Positions 61,447-64,000 of a stretch of DNA of 64,000 bases are shown here, piece by piece (within the stretch, counting starts at the first letter, position 1; each line of letters begins with the position of its first letter). Position numbers and translations under genes: made by a program. Origin of the DNA: an uncultured cyanobacterium. Lineage in GTDB: Bacteria > Cyanobacteriota > Cyanobacteriia > Cyanobacteriales > Nostocaceae. The notes beneath the pieces were generated by a model, which worked only from the letters and a program-made list of their open reading frames with translations, ran no database searches and was not told where the DNA came from. Location of the stretch: NCBI GenBank assembly GCA_963740315.1, contig CAVUDP010000002.1, positions 1,472,001 through 1,536,000 on the forward strand, in the 5' to 3' direction.

Positions 61447-62061
61447 TCACAAAGCAGAATCAAAAATTTGCTGTGCTGTAAGATTCAAGTCAGGAAATAA
61501 AGAAGACACTATTGCTTGATTACCTTGAAATTGAGTAGTTTGATATTCACCATCCACCAATTCGCAAATCGTGATAGTTTGTTGTTTGGGGTTGCCAATA
61601 AACCGTTTACCACCCAACGCGGCGTAATCTATAATCCAATATTCAGGGATACCCATTTCTTCGTAATCCCCAAATTTGTCGTGATAATCGTCTCGCCAGT
61701 TTGTACTTACAACCTCAACTACCAAAGGAATTGATTCAGCTTGAATAAGTGTAGATTGTTTCTTCCATAAAGGTTCATTGACGAGATTATCATGATTAAC
61801 CAACACAATATCTGGGGAATAGGTTGAATCATTGTCGGGAGTTTTAACAAGTCCAGTTTTGGGGATACGGTAAGGTAATCCTAAACGGACATATTGTATA
61901 GTAATTTTTTCAGCTAAAAAGCCGATAACATTTTCATGTTCGCCATTAGGTGGTGGCATTTCGACAATTACCCCTTTGTGTAATTCGTAGCGTATGCCGT
62001 TATCAGGATACCATTCAATGAATTCCTCAAAGCTTGTTAATTTGTTTATTGCTTGGGTCAT
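61447..62061 (-). CDS. Uma2 family (DUF820) putative endonuclease
   Basis: RYELHKGVIVEMPPP, SPDIV, LVVEVVSTNW, GIPEYWIID. Confidence 0.93.
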   Translation of the reverse strand: MTQAINKLTSFEEFIEWYPDNGIRYELHKGVIVEMPPPNGEHENVIGFLAEKITIQYVRLGLPYRIPKTGLVKTPDNDSTYSPDIVLVNHDNLVNEPLWKKQSTLIQAESIPLVVEVVSTNWRDDYHDKFGDYEEMGIPEYWIIDYAALGGKRFIGNPKQQTITICELVDGEYQTTQFQGNQAIVSSLFPDLNLTAQQIFDSAL

Positions 62062-62144
62062 ACTATTTTAGATTTTAAGGCTTTGAAATAATGATATAAT
62101 TATTGCTTATTTTTCTCTAGGGATAAATCTTGCTAGCTAGTTTT

Positions 62145-62336
62145 GTAGGTTGGGTTAGATACGAAAACAAATTTGATAAACACGGATAATTGATCGTATC
62201 GTGTCGTAACCCAACATTAATATCTTGGATAAATCGAGATATTGCCAAATACCCACAATCTAGGTGTTGGGTTACAACGATCGCGATTAATTTCGGGTTA
62301 ATAACTATTATTTTTCGTGCGTCTAACCCAACCTAC
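62145..62336. repeat. Inverted doublet of family-B REPs, copy 2 (direct repeat of 61239-61428); a further single inverted REP at ~62454-62522
   Basis: Arms and spacer (aaatacccacaatctaggtgttgggttac) shared with copy 1. Confidence 0.88.
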
Positions 62337-62538
62337 TACTAACTGTTAACCGCTCTAAAATTACATATCTCTCTTTATTTCTCTCCTCTGCGTTCTCTAC
62401 GTTCTAGAAGGGTTTTTTCCTCGGTAATCTTCTGTTAGGAAAGGATTAATTAATGTTGGGTTACGGTTCAAATATAGATTATTTGTTTACAACTAATTTC
62501 CGGTAAACCTAACCCAACCTACAACCTACAAAATTAAT

Positions 62539-62721
62539 TTAATTTAAGGAATAAGAAATACCGCGATACTGAAGATTTTTCTGTAATGGCTTATTTTGAG
62601 AAGAAACAGAACGACGAACACAATAAGGTACACCGCGATAGATTGCAAATATATTAGTTTCTGAAGTTTCCACGGGTGTATTATTACGTTCGTAAGTTAC
62701 ACCACGATAAGTTAGTTTCAT
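62539..62721 (-). CDS. DUF4278 domain small protein
   Basis: MKLTYRGVTYE..IYRGVPY..LQYRGISY; GAGG RBS. Confidence 0.88.
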   Translation of the reverse strand: MKLTYRGVTYERNNTPVETSETNIFAIYRGVPYCVRRSVSSQNKPLQKNLQYRGISYSLN

Positions 62722-62885
62722 TGTTTAATCCTCAATAAATTAGTTGCTATTAAAAAAGAAGAAATTGTTGTATTTTTTCTTTCCTCTATTTATATATAGG
62801 TGCAACTTATATTAAGGTATGCATTTTAAAGATAACCATTTGGATAATTGCAAAACCCTAACAAACTAGAATCCCTCTAAAAACC

Positions 62886-64000
62886 TCACAACATCGGTAA
62901 ACTAACACTAAAAGATGTCTCCCCCTCAGAATTTGGATCGAGCATCAACTCTCCATGATGAGCGCGAACAATTTCACGAGCAAGACTTAAACCCAATCCA
63001 ATTCCTTCTATTTTACGGTTGCGAGATGGATCTCCACGATGAAAACGGTCAAAAATTCGAGCGCGATCGCCAATATTTATTCCCTCGGATGCATTGACAA
63101 TTGTTATTTTAAGTGAGTTATTTTTTTGAAAAGCATCAACTTTTATCCAACCGTCGGCAAGATTATATTTTATAGCGTTACTAATTAGATTTTGCAAAAC
63201 CTGCATCAATAAATCGCGATCGCCTTTAACTTTTAAATCTTTAGCAATATCAGTTTTTACCGTCAAATCGGGAGCCAGCATTTCGACATCTTCCAACATC
63301 TGGAATAATAACTCCGACATATCCACCTCTACCAGATATAAACTCATTTGTCCCGCATCCGCTAAAGACAGCAGTAAAAGTTTGCGGATAATTGCACCCA
63401 GACGATGCACTTCATCCAAAAGGTAGCTCAAACGCTGCTGTACTTCGCTTCCGGGAGTCACTTGCTGTAATGTTCTTTCTAATTCCCCTTGCAAAATAGT
63501 TAACGGGGTTTTCAATTCGTGAGCAGCATCACCACTGAAACGAGAAGCTTGATGAAAACTGCGTTCTAAACGTTCTAACATTTGGTTAAATACCCGAATC
63601 ATTTCTACAAATTCCACATCTGTTTTTTCAGTGGGAATTCTTCAATCTAACCCTTTTGCATTAACTTGTTGAATTGTGCTGGTTAATTGATTTATCGGAT
63701 GTAACACGCTTCCAGACAGCAACCATGCACCAATTGTAATTAATAACAACACTCCCGGAATAGAAATCAAGAAAATATTGTTAATTGTAGCCATTTCTCG
63801 ATTAACTACTTCCAAATTAACCGCGATCGCAATTTGATTATTATTTCTCTGTTTATTTCTTTCCTCTGCGTCTGTGCGGTTTCTTTTTTGGTCATCTGGT
63901 AAAAAGCGAATAGAATGTTTAACCGCACCAATTCGCCAAGCACCTGTTTTTGTTGTTTCTGTAATTAAAGGAGGTGGAGGGGGTGGTTTGCCACGGAAAG
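62886..64000 (-). pseudogene. HAMP-domain sensor histidine kinase with in-frame TGA at 63642-63644; 5' end beyond window
   Basis: Frame open from the window end through a TM helix to KGLD*RIPTEKTDVEF; then AAHELKTPL, NLISNAIKY, GIGLGL. Confidence 0.85.

Noticed and set aside
31807..62522. Classical integron or intact IS/prophage
   Set aside because: No integrase, transposase or phage gene in the window; the repeats are GTAG-type palindromes and I could not establish attC architecture
42689..63644. TGA recoding (selenocysteine or alternative code) to explain the in-frame stops
   Set aside because: TGA is an ordinary stop in several genes here (e.g. 45011, 54084) and the positions look like Arg/Gln, not Cys/Trp
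68..63830. Abundant GCGATCGC octamers as a novel signal
   Set aside because: This is the well-known cyanobacterial HIP1 sequence

Overview
AT-rich chromosomal segment of a filamentous heterocyst-forming cyanobacterium (Nostocales; Rivularia/Calothrix-like is my impression, not demonstrable here). Evidence: dense HIP1 octamers (GCGATCGC), heptameric STRR tracts, ndhL, a patN-like gene, a HetZ paralogue and tRNA-Leu(UAA) with a group I intron. Roughly 0.3-13 kb is a co-oriented minus-strand cell-surface cluster: DUF11/SdrD-B protein, 1297-aa outer-membrane beta-barrel, beta-helix-OmpA protein, a frameshifted ~1450-aa adhesin with nine SdrD-B repeats, and a small secreted protein. This is the best candidate for an uncharacterised adhesin export/display system. 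14.8-31.8 kb is mostly core genes (patN-like, ndhL, trnL, larC, Sua5/YciO, HetZ-like, rbfA, ppsA) plus a candidate structured RNA upstream of DUF751-rbfA. 31.8-64 kb is an accessory, decaying region: two Uma2 genes bracketed by GTAG-type REP mosaics, a kinase-less phytochrome, oxidoreductase clusters, MntA-HepT, twin RTX-type lipases, and many gene fragments whose breakpoints often sit at REP-like elements. All family assignments are from motif recognition by eye; no database search was run.
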